Positions 19,714-27,692 of a stretch of 64,000 bases of DNA are shown here, in pieces (position 1 is the first letter of the stretch; each line of letters starts with the position of its first letter). A program made the position numbers and the translations under genes. Origin of the DNA: Thermoplasmata archaeon (GTDB taxonomy: Archaea > Thermoplasmatota > Thermoplasmata > GCA-020350865); contig CP070751.1 of assembly GCA_020348445.1 (NCBI GenBank), positions 343,772-407,771 on the forward strand, written 5' to 3'. The notes under the pieces were generated by a model, which worked only from the letters and a program-made list of their open reading frames with translations, was not told the DNA's origin and did not search any database.

Positions 19714-21849
19714 TTAGCCCGTCAAATCCACGGTGTTTACCTCGGTGAGATCGTCTAAGTTGTTTGCTTTTATCATGCTACCCGAGACCGTATAAAGGAC
19801 GTCCTGGATGTAAAACGATCTTTTTATGTAGTAAGGGCCATTGTAATATTGGCTCATATCCTCATCATGTGATATCCTGCCATCCAGGTTGATTCCAGAT
19901 GTAGTGGAGATATCGAACACGTAAGCACCGTAGAAAGTGTATTCACCCCCGGTACTAGGTGGTGGATCGTCAGGATACTTTGATTCGTCTATTTCAGCCA
20001 GTAAAACCGGTATTACCAGAAGATTCTTATTCTTGCTGAACAGGAAAGCGTGGGGATCAGTTAGGGCAAGGGAATCTGTTCCCCTGTCACCCACGATATA
20101 AGTCGAAACTTCCTTTGGATTCTTGACATCAGTTACATCGAAGAGTGAGAGTTTTACTCCCTGGAACCATGCAAAATCTCCCATGTCCACTGCATCCTTT
20201 CCAATTCCTATGACATGGTTTTCATCATAAGGATGCAGGTAGTTGGAAAAGCCTGGTATCTTTAGCTCACCCAGAACCTGTGGGCTTTGTGGGTTGCTCA
20301 AATCGATTACAAAGAATGGATCGATATTTTTGAACGTAACAAGATATGCTCTCTTTCCCATGAACCTTGCTGAGAATATCCTCTCACCTTCAGCCAGATT
20401 TTCCACTGCTCCTATGATTTCCAGTTCCATGTTAAGGACAAACACATGGTTTTTAGATGTCGTATCACCCCAGCCCCAAAGCTGGCCTGTTGTTGTTGCC
20501 ATTCTAAAATAGGAATCGTGCTCGTCCATTGAAAACCTGTTTAGGATATAACCTGGAACGCCACCGCTTGCCATGTATTTTATACTACCTGTGTCTATCA
20601 TGATCCTATGTACAGTGGTGGTCTCGATTTCTTTTTGAAGATCTTCCTGGAATGTAATATATTCCTTTTCCCATGAATCATAGAAGTCCTCTCTATCATC
20701 GCTTTTTAGATCTTCCATGTATCCTCCCACGATCCCGTCAATTTCGTACAGTTTTTCAAATCTCGATTTGTCCGAGTTCTGTACATCTTGGATCTCGCGG
20801 GATGTTGAGGGGGGTACAATATCCAAAACCACAGCTTCAACCATTCTCTCTGTCATCTCGACCCAACTCATCCTCTTCAGATAGGTAAGGTATATATTAT
20901 ATAGGGAAGCGTAAAGATGGGTGGATGAGCCCATGAGTATGACCTGTTTGTTAGGCTCCATTTGGTCATTTTTTATGTTTATTGAGATAATGGATGTAAA
21001 TACATAATAATAGTCGTACTCGTCGGCATAATATATCTCTTGGGCTTTGGTGGGAAGATCAGATTCCTCCTCGATATCATATGCTGGCTGGGTTATGATC
21101 AAATAGAGATAATCTCCAATTGTTCTTGAGTTGAAAAAGCTACCCGCCAGATGGACACTTCTTACTAGATCTGGATTTCCCCTGTCCTCTACATCATATA
21201 CGTTGACGTTTGTTTTAGGGGTTTCGTAATAATAGTCCTCTTCCCAATCTTTCCAGTAGTAATAATCAGATAAATAATTGTTCATCCCCACAACAACTAA
21301 TTTATCGTCGCTTATATACAGCTCTATGATATCCCAGTCCAGTTCGATTGTTGATACGATTTCGGCTCCCTCAGGGGGGTAAACATCAACTATGAACACT
21401 TTGGACCTGTCACTTGAGACTATGTAGGCGTATTTATCGTCGTTTTTTACAATATCTCCCTCGTCCACGCCTTCGACTTGAACGTTGGTCTCGGAGTGAT
21501 CATCTTCACCGCCTGCGGGATGGAAGTCACTTTGAGTGTCAATTCCACCGCCTTCGCCAGTATCACCGCCGAATAATACCTCACGTTCTCCTCGATAATA
21601 TTGGGATCCAGCTGACAAATTCCAATAATAATAATAGCCATCATTTCCAGATAATGCCGCATTTTCATCTAAAAAATCCTCTAGTTCCTGGTACGAATTG
21701 AATTTATTTAGATTGGAATAGCTCACATCGTAGCTCAGGGGGGTAATGTCACCGTTTTTTTCTATGTGCTCCTGCAGGGCATAGAATCCCAGAATTCCAC
21801 CAAATGCCATGGCCACACTCATTACAACCGCAAATAATCTCTTGTCCAT
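19714..21849 (-). CDS. Secreted beta-propeller domain protein (Beta_propel family)
   Basis: N-terminal TM. SETNVQVEGVDEGDIVKND, GYILNRFSMDEH, GERIFSARFMG, TFKNIDPFFVIDLS, LKIPGFSNYLHP, DPHAFLF. Confidence 0.88.
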   Translation of the reverse strand: MDKRLFAVVMSVAMAFGGILGFYALQEHIEKNGDITPLSYDVSYSNLNKFNSYQELEDFLDENAALSGNDGYYYYWNLSAGSQYYRGEREVLFGGDTGEGGGIDTQSDFHPAGGEDDHSETNVQVEGVDEGDIVKNDDKYAYIVSSDRSKVFIVDVYPPEGAEIVSTIELDWDIIELYISDDKLVVVGMNNYLSDYYYWKDWEEDYYYETPKTNVNVYDVEDRGNPDLVRSVHLAGSFFNSRTIGDYLYLIITQPAYDIEEESDLPTKAQEIYYADEYDYYYVFTSIISINIKNDQMEPNKQVILMGSSTHLYASLYNIYLTYLKRMSWVEMTERMVEAVVLDIVPPSTSREIQDVQNSDKSRFEKLYEIDGIVGGYMEDLKSDDREDFYDSWEKEYITFQEDLQKEIETTTVHRIMIDTGSIKYMASGGVPGYILNRFSMDEHDSYFRMATTTGQLWGWGDTTSKNHVFVLNMELEIIGAVENLAEGERIFSARFMGKRAYLVTFKNIDPFFVIDLSNPQSPQVLGELKIPGFSNYLHPYDENHVIGIGKDAVDMGDFAWFQGVKLSLFDVTDVKNPKEVSTYIVGDRGTDSLALTDPHAFLFSKNKNLLVIPVLLAEIDESKYPDDPPPSTGGEYTFYGAYVFDISTTSGINLDGRISHDEDMSQYYNGPYYIKRSFYIQDVLYTVSGSMIKANNLDDLTEVNTVDLTG

Positions 21850-21958
21850 GCAAAACAACTCCTTTTTTCGTGATAATTACGCTTTTTGGATATATATTGA
21901 TTATCTTGACATGTTATTGACATGTCGAAAAAAACCTACATGTCAATGGATTTTGGGC

Positions 21959-23530
21959 TTATTTTAGGGTTTTGGACATAAACGGGCCGGTTCTTTGGTA
22001 TCCGAACTTCCTGTAATATTCCCTTGCCCCGACACCGCTTGTGACAATTAGCCTCTCTGCTTCATCTTCCCCTACGATCTTCTCGCATTCTAAAAGTAAT
22101 CTATGCCCGTACCCCTTATGCTGCCACAGTTTTTCGTTTGTCTTGCCAATTGGTACCATCTCACCTGCCACCTTGAGTTCACGGATTATCATACAAGGTT
22201 GGGCCTTTACGTCCTTTCTTTGGGCCTTATCTGAGGATTTTCTCAGGCGGGCGTAGGCTATCAGGATATCCTTACAATCCTCGAAGCTCAGGAAGTATTC
22301 TTTACCCTTTGAGGCTTCGTATTCGATTCTTCTGAGGGTGACAGATTCCATATCTGGTTCTGTGCCTTTTAGTGAGGATATGCCAACCTCCCTGCACCTT
22401 ATACAATTGCACTTCTTTTCTCTCTCTTTTAGCTTCTCCTGGACTATCTGCCGCAGGTTGCTCTTGTCCACGCCATCAGCAATGAGTTTTACAGGGATGT
22501 CCCTTTGAATTCTCTGTATTCTCACCCATTTAGGTAAGAAATCCTTGATTTGGGCTATAAGTTCGGCATTTTCCTCTGTATTGTAGGGTTTATAGTCCCC
22601 ATTTTCCCACATCTTATGCAATTTGGTGCCTTCTACAACAAGACAGGGATAGATTTTCAGCATATCTGGCCTGAAATCCGGGTTCTCGAAGAGTGTTTTG
22701 AAGGCCGCAATATCCCTCTTAAAATCCGAGCCAGGGAGTCCCGGCATCATGTGGTAGCATACCTTTAATCCTGCATCTTTGGCTAATCTGGTGGCTTCTA
22801 TAGAATCCTTTACTGTGTGCCCTCGTTCTACTCGTTCTAATATATCATCGTATACTGTCTGAACTCCCAATTCCACTCTTGTGGCCCCCAGTCTAAGCAT
22901 CTCGTCTACATGCTCTGATTTACACCAATCTGGTCTTGTCTCTATAGTCAAACCTATACATCTTGAGGGTGCGAACTCGTTTAGGCTGTGTGCATCCTCG
23001 ATTGTGGCTGCCTCTGTTTCATTCATGGCATCGAAGCATCTTTTCACGAACCATTCCTGGTAGTTTTTATCTCTTGCAGTGAACGTCCCTCCCATGATGA
23101 TGAGGTCCACCTTGTCTGTTGGGTGGCCAATTGTGGACAGCTGCTCGACTCTGGATCTGGTTTGCTTGTACGGGTCGAAATCATTTGATCCCGCCCTCAT
23201 GGCTGCTGGTTCATGTCCTGTGTAGCTCTGGGCTGTCCCAAATTCTTTTCCTCCCGGGCAGTATATGCATTTTCCATGGGGGCAGTCTTCTGGGGATGTC
23301 ATGACTGCCACGACCGCAACCCCAGAGGTTGTACGCACTGGTTTGAGTCTAAGAAACGGCTCGATTTCTTCGTATATGTCTGGTGATGCGTTTTCGAGGA
23401 TATCCACATCGCTGGGCAGGTTGGATAGACCGTATTTCTTGCACAGTTTTACCTTGGCTCCGTGGATCTCGTTTTTGGTTCTGATTTCACCTGCGCGGAT
23501 CTGGTTGATTATGTCCTCGTAGAAGGTCAT
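21959..23530 (-). CDS. elp3: Elp3 tRNA uridine(34) acetyltransferase (radical SAM + GNAT)
   Basis: VRTTSGVAVVAVM, CPHGKCIYCPGG, QSYTGHEPA, IETRPDW, ELGVQT, LKIYPCLV, RIQRIQRDIP, QHKGYG, SGVGAREYY. Confidence 0.96.
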   Translation of the reverse strand: MTFYEDIINQIRAGEIRTKNEIHGAKVKLCKKYGLSNLPSDVDILENASPDIYEEIEPFLRLKPVRTTSGVAVVAVMTSPEDCPHGKCIYCPGGKEFGTAQSYTGHEPAAMRAGSNDFDPYKQTRSRVEQLSTIGHPTDKVDLIIMGGTFTARDKNYQEWFVKRCFDAMNETEAATIEDAHSLNEFAPSRCIGLTIETRPDWCKSEHVDEMLRLGATRVELGVQTVYDDILERVERGHTVKDSIEATRLAKDAGLKVCYHMMPGLPGSDFKRDIAAFKTLFENPDFRPDMLKIYPCLVVEGTKLHKMWENGDYKPYNTEENAELIAQIKDFLPKWVRIQRIQRDIPVKLIADGVDKSNLRQIVQEKLKEREKKCNCIRCREVGISSLKGTEPDMESVTLRRIEYEASKGKEYFLSFEDCKDILIAYARLRKSSDKAQRKDVKAQPCMIIRELKVAGEMVPIGKTNEKLWQHKGYGHRLLLECEKIVGEDEAERLIVTSGVGAREYYRKFGYQRTGPFMSKTLK

Positions 23531-23698
23531 TGTATTCCAGAAGGATAATGGGGGTATTTAAAGGGTGTTGTTTATTAAAAATAGGGACTGTATGAAAAGA
23601 GGGTAGGGAGTATAGATAACAAAGCCAAATATGCAAAATTTAATAAAGTACCAATATCATTAACATTCGGGTTAATAAATAGCCCACGAAAGGAGAGG

Positions 23699-24358
23699 GT
23701 GATGAAAATGGCATTTTGTCCTAATTGCGGAAGAGAAATGGGTTACATTGCACAACACGGCCAGTGGTATTGTTATTCATGTCGGCAGTACCGACAGGTA
23801 CCGCAACAGGCTGCTCCTATTGCACCTCAACAACAATATCAACCTCCGCAGCAAGCGCCCCCGGGAAAATCGAACACAGTATTAATTATGGGTGCTGTAA
23901 TTGCCGTGGTTGCTGTTGTGATTATCGCATCATTGGCCTTGATGCTTGGGGGAGATGGTGGTGGTGGAGGCTCGAATAACAAAGATAAAGACGATAAGGC
24001 AAGAACATTAGAGCTCACTATACATTATACTGGTTCTGGAACTGTTGATAGTGACTATAAGATTTTTATTGGAGTTCTAGATGAGGCTGATTTTAGAGGT
24101 GAATATCCTGAACATACAGAAAGTTTATCTTCAAGTAGCGGTACTGTGACAATATCTGGAATCACATTTTCACCTTGTTATGTATTTGTTTCATATGATG
24201 CAGATGGTAGTGGTGGCGATCCCGATTATGGGGATAGTTATGAGATTTATGAGGATGAAAGTATGTATGAAATACCTGCAGATCCTATTGATATAGAAGA
24301 AGGTGAAACAAAAAGCATCACTATTACATTTGATGACAGTTATACAATTGATTGGTGA
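23699..24358 (+). CDS. Single-pass membrane protein: N-terminal zinc ribbon, Gln/Pro linker, TM, acidic extracellular Ig-like domain
   Basis: FCPNCG...YIAQHGQWYCYSCRQY. TM VLIMGAVIAVVAVVIIASLALML. Confidence 0.8.
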   Translation: MMKMAFCPNCGREMGYIAQHGQWYCYSCRQYRQVPQQAAPIAPQQQYQPPQQAPPGKSNTVLIMGAVIAVVAVVIIASLALMLGGDGGGGGSNNKDKDDKARTLELTIHYTGSGTVDSDYKIFIGVLDEADFRGEYPEHTESLSSSSGTVTISGITFSPCYVFVSYDADGSGGDPDYGDSYEIYEDESMYEIPADPIDIEEGETKSITITFDDSYTIDW

Positions 24359-24445
24359 GTTGTTTTCGGCGGTATTAATATATGTGAATAACCCGATAAG
24401 CAATCTGGAGTATGCTTGACCTGGAAAAGCAAGAAGTGAGAAAAA

Positions 24446-24658
24446 ATGGATAATACACACAATAAAAAAACAGTAGATATATCAGTCTTGTGGCTATTTC
24501 TAAAGGGACCTTTTTGGATACTCCTTGGCTTCTGGTATGTGTTTACGAGGACACCTTTTGAGGATAGAATGAATGCACTGTGGCTTTATATTGTCGTTGT
24601 CTTCATTGTTTTTATTATCTGGATAAAACTGCGGCGCATCCGTTTTTTCAGGAAATAA
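24446..24658 (+). CDS. Small two-TM hypothetical membrane protein
   Basis: 70 aa with two hydrophobic stretches and a basic C-terminus (KLRRIRFFRK). Confidence 0.55.
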   Translation: MDNTHNKKTVDISVLWLFLKGPFWILLGFWYVFTRTPFEDRMNALWLYIVVVFIVFIIWIKLRRIRFFRK

Positions 24659-24680
24659 GCGACTGAGAGAAACCTATTTA

Positions 24681-24688
24681 TTTAAAAA
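24681..24688 (+). promoter_or_regulatory. Probable TATA box for the repeat-array/tRNA-Ala transcript
   Basis: TTTAAAAA lies ~25 nt upstream of the first GGGCCGG unit (24713). No suitably spaced TATA was seen directly before the tRNA itself; AATATAAA at 24913-24920 is only ~9 nt away. Confidence 0.5.
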
Positions 24689-24710
24689 GCCCATTGCCAT
24701 ACTTCACTAT

Positions 24711-24928
24711 ATGGGCCGGTAGATATTCGTGGGGGCTTCGTTCCCACTATATCTCCCGCTCATATCACTTGCTTCACTTGTGTGGGCCGGTAGATATTCG
24801 TGGTGGTTTCTCCCCCCACTTACTCTACAGAAATACCCATTCGCATTAACTTTGTGGGCCGGTAGACTCCGTGGCAAGCAAGTTGCCACTCACTCTCCCG
24901 ACCCTCAACTGCAATATAAAATCAATAC
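24711..24928 (+). repeat. Three degenerate ~72-nt tandem units, each starting with a copy of the tRNA-Ala 5' end and containing a 7-bp GTGG..CCAC hairpin
   Basis: GGGCCGGTAGA starts at 24713, 24784 and 24856, and the tRNA at 24929 (spacing 71/72/73). Confidence 0.88.
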
Positions 24929-25001
24929 GGGCCGGTAGATCAGTTGGAAGATCGCAGGCTTTGCAAGCCTGAGGCCACGGGTTCAAATCCCGTCCGGTCC
25001 A
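24929..25001 (+). tRNA. tRNA-Ala (anticodon TGC), 73 nt, CCA not encoded
   Basis: Cloverleaf GGGCCGG/CCGGTCC with G3:U70 and discriminator A. D-stem GATC/GATC. Anticodon arm CAGGC-TTTGCAA-GCCTG. T-arm ACGGG-TTCAAAT-CCCGT. Confidence 0.97.
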
Positions 25002-25197
25002 CTCTAATTTTTATATAATTGTATCTGTGGACCGGACTTTATGTTCGAGTTATAATTGAACATCAATTAGGTCTTAAGCTCGAACATCCCGTCCGGTCCA
25101 CTTTAATTTTTAAATAATTATATCCGTGGACCGGACTCGTGTTTGAGTTATAATTGAATTTAAATTGTTTCTTAAGCTCAAACACCCATCCGGTCCA
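24989..25197 (+). repeat. Two ~98-nt tandem units plus a partial third, each starting with the tRNA-Ala 3' end and containing two hairpins
   Basis: CCCGTCCGGTCCAC at 24989 and 25088, CCCATCCGGTCCA at 25185. Inverted copy GTGGACCGGAC at 25027 and 25126. Confidence 0.9.
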
Positions 25198-25279
25198 TTT
25201 GTTATTACCTTGACATGAAAATTCATTCGACATCAATATATACCCCGGTTGCATACAGGGGCAATGGGGGGACCTTACT

Positions 25280-26221
25280 TTGGATGAAATCAGATCTGCA
25301 ATGGAGAAATTTGGAGTACCTGGCAGAGACCTATACGACCTGCCCACTTCGGATAAAAGTTTTCCGGATGGAGCAAATTACAGAATGGAGATATCAGGAG
25401 TTGAAAGGCTCAGCACCCTAGAAGCTCTGGTGGACGAGATGGAGAAGCGCAACATGCCAATCCACAGGCTCATTTCCACGGTAATGGGCTGCACTCTGCT
25501 TACAGATGATGAGCTTGAGAACTTTGCAAAGCTGGCTGCCGAAAAGAAGGTGGAAGTTATAATTACACCGGGGCCTAGAAGCTCCTGGGATACGGGACGC
25601 CAGCTTTTTACACCAGAAGGAGCCATATCAGGCCTTCGGGTAAGAGGCTCGGATAATCTATCCTACCTGATAGCGGATATAAAGAGGGCAGCCGATTTCG
25701 GCTTCAGAGGCTTTTTAGTGACAGACGAAGGAGCCTTGTGGCTGCTTTCAAAGCTCAGGGAAGAAGGCGTGATTCCAAAGGACGTAGTGTTCAAGGTGTC
25801 AATATTTGCAGGCCACGCCAATGCGGCAGGAGGCAAGGTACTGGAAAGCCTGGGTGCCAACACATTCAACCCTCTGGGAGACCTGAGCCTACCCATGTTC
25901 GCATCTATAAGATCCGCCATCGACATACCAATTGACATCCATATATACCTGTCAGACTCATTTGGGGGATTTAACAGGTTCTGGGAGGCACCCGAACTTG
26001 CAAGGATTGCTTCGCCCTGCTACTTCAAAATCGAGCCAGGCACGGCCTTGGCAGCAGGTGGAGGAATTTACAAGCCCTGGACTGACGAGGGCTTTTTAGC
26101 CAAGTTCGCAAGGGAGAAGGTGAAGCACGCCGAGATCATAAAGGGCATAATAGACAAATACCAGCCGAACCTGAAGCTCTCTGCATTAGGACCAAGTGAC
26201 CTGGCCATTCCAAAACCTTGA
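25280..26221 (+). CDS. Conserved TIM-barrel-like protein of unknown function (often labelled U32 peptidase-like)
   Basis: Resembles the LPTSxKxFPDGxxYRxE family from memory. TTG start after GGGGGGA. First gene of the aldolase-Fae operon. Confidence 0.65.
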   Translation: MDEIRSAMEKFGVPGRDLYDLPTSDKSFPDGANYRMEISGVERLSTLEALVDEMEKRNMPIHRLISTVMGCTLLTDDELENFAKLAAEKKVEVIITPGPRSSWDTGRQLFTPEGAISGLRVRGSDNLSYLIADIKRAADFGFRGFLVTDEGALWLLSKLREEGVIPKDVVFKVSIFAGHANAAGGKVLESLGANTFNPLGDLSLPMFASIRSAIDIPIDIHIYLSDSFGGFNRFWEAPELARIASPCYFKIEPGTALAAGGGIYKPWTDEGFLAKFAREKVKHAEIIKGIIDKYQPNLKLSALGPSDLAIPKP

Positions 26222-26259
26222 TTTCTCCTTCTTTTCAATATTTGTTAGGAGGCTATATT

Positions 26260-27690
26260 ATGTCGGAGTTCAAACTCGAAGGAGTATTTCCAGCGTTAAT
26301 AACACCGTTTAAGAAGGACGAGAGCATAGACGAGGAGGCATTCCGCTCGCTAATTTCGTATGTGATGCCACATGTAAATGGAATAGTTCCCTGCGGGACA
26401 ACAGGGGAGTTCGTCTATCTTGATTTTGAGGAGAGAAAGAGACTGATAGACATAGCAGTAGAGGAGATTAAAGACGGCAGGTACGTTGTCGCCGGAACAG
26501 GGGCATGTTCCACTAAACACGCAATAGAGCTTACCAAGTATGCAAAGGATGCAGGTGCAGATGCCAGTCTTGTTGTGAGTCCCTATTACCTAAATCCTGC
26601 GGACAAAGGCCATTACGAGCACTTCTATCAGATAGCCAAGAACACGGATTTTCCAATTATAATGTACAACATACCCCAATGTACAGGCTCTTTCTTGCCG
26701 AGAAGGGTTATAGAGGACCTCGCAAATATAGACAACATCGTGGGTCTGAAGGACTCCTCAGGAAACTTGACCTTCACATTGGAGGTACTAGAGAAGGTGA
26801 GAGACAAGATCAACGTAGTGATAGGGCACGACGAGGTTGTTCTTCCTGCATTGGCTGCAGGTTGCAAGGGTATGATATTGGCCTCGGCGCAGGTGTTTCC
26901 AGATGTCTGGCAGGAATTATTTTCAGCTGTTAAAGAGGGTAATCTCGAGAGGGCGCAGGAGCTTCAGATGAAGGTGCAGAAGCTTGCACGGATATTCTGT
27001 AGGTACGGTGGTGCAGTCCCAGTGAAAGCTGCTTTACGCATGATGGGATTAAAGATGGGAAGAACAAGAAAACCCATAAGAGAAGGCGGAGTGATCATTC
27101 ACGAGGACAGGGAGGAGATCAGGGTTGAGCTTGAGAAATTAGGAAAAATAGAATCCGCACCTTTCGAGTTTAGTGTACCAGATATCCCCATTAAATCCAG
27201 ATTCGAGGATGTTGGTATTGCAAAGGAGGACATTCAAGGATCAGGTCTTCTCTTAGGAACCGCATCTTCTGGAGAGGGAAAAGAGCAGGTTCATGTTGAT
27301 CTGGTCATGGGAGAAAAAAGCAGTCCCCTTGGGAAAGCCTTTGCAGTTCAGCTCACGCATCCAAGACATGGTCACGAGGCACTGACAACCATCTTAGAAC
27401 CCAATCTAACTGTGAGGCCTTCTACACTTATTGTGCCGGGTATTGAACTTAAGAACCTAAGGCAGGCGAACATGATATATGGACCAACGCAAAGCGCGGT
27501 GGCGAAGGTCATCGTTGATAACATCGAGCAGGGTACAATTACAAATGAAATGGTCAAAAACTACCTCATGATAATAAAAATCCATGTTCCCCCAAATGCA
27601 CTGGATAGACAATTGCTATATGAAAACAATTACCAGGCTGTAGATTCGGCATTAAAAAAAGCATTATCTGGCTCTTCGGGGGGTGATTGA
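26260..27690 (+). CDS. DapA/NAL-family class I aldolase fused to a C-terminal Fae (formaldehyde-activating enzyme) domain, paralog 1
   Basis: GTTGE, MYNIPQCTG, GLKDSSG (Schiff-base Lys). Fae-like VHVDL...LEPNLTVRPSTLIVP...IYGPTQSAVAK...NNYQA. ATG 26260 follows AGGAGG. Confidence 0.88.
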   Translation: MSEFKLEGVFPALITPFKKDESIDEEAFRSLISYVMPHVNGIVPCGTTGEFVYLDFEERKRLIDIAVEEIKDGRYVVAGTGACSTKHAIELTKYAKDAGADASLVVSPYYLNPADKGHYEHFYQIAKNTDFPIIMYNIPQCTGSFLPRRVIEDLANIDNIVGLKDSSGNLTFTLEVLEKVRDKINVVIGHDEVVLPALAAGCKGMILASAQVFPDVWQELFSAVKEGNLERAQELQMKVQKLARIFCRYGGAVPVKAALRMMGLKMGRTRKPIREGGVIIHEDREEIRVELEKLGKIESAPFEFSVPDIPIKSRFEDVGIAKEDIQGSGLLLGTASSGEGKEQVHVDLVMGEKSSPLGKAFAVQLTHPRHGHEALTTILEPNLTVRPSTLIVPGIELKNLRQANMIYGPTQSAVAKVIVDNIEQGTITNEMVKNYLMIIKIHVPPNALDRQLLYENNYQAVDSALKKALSGSSGGD

Positions 27691-27692
27691 TA

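Noticed and set aside
24711-25197. CRISPR array interpretation of the tRNA-flanking repeats
   Set aside because: Only 3 + 2.2 units. The repeats are degenerate and derived from tRNA ends, the 'spacers' are themselves partly conserved, and no cas genes are in the window.
24713-25197. Canonical tmRNA or split/permuted tRNA
   Set aside because: The tRNA is complete by itself. Flanking copies lack a T-arm and bulge-helix-bulge motifs, and no smpB or tag ORF is evident. Kept only as an analogy.
24707-25421. Short ORFs overlapping the tRNA and repeats (24707-24889, 24729-24938, 25063-25347, 25215-25421)
   Set aside because: They overlap a clear tRNA or structured repeats, or the next gene out of frame, and have no protein-like features.
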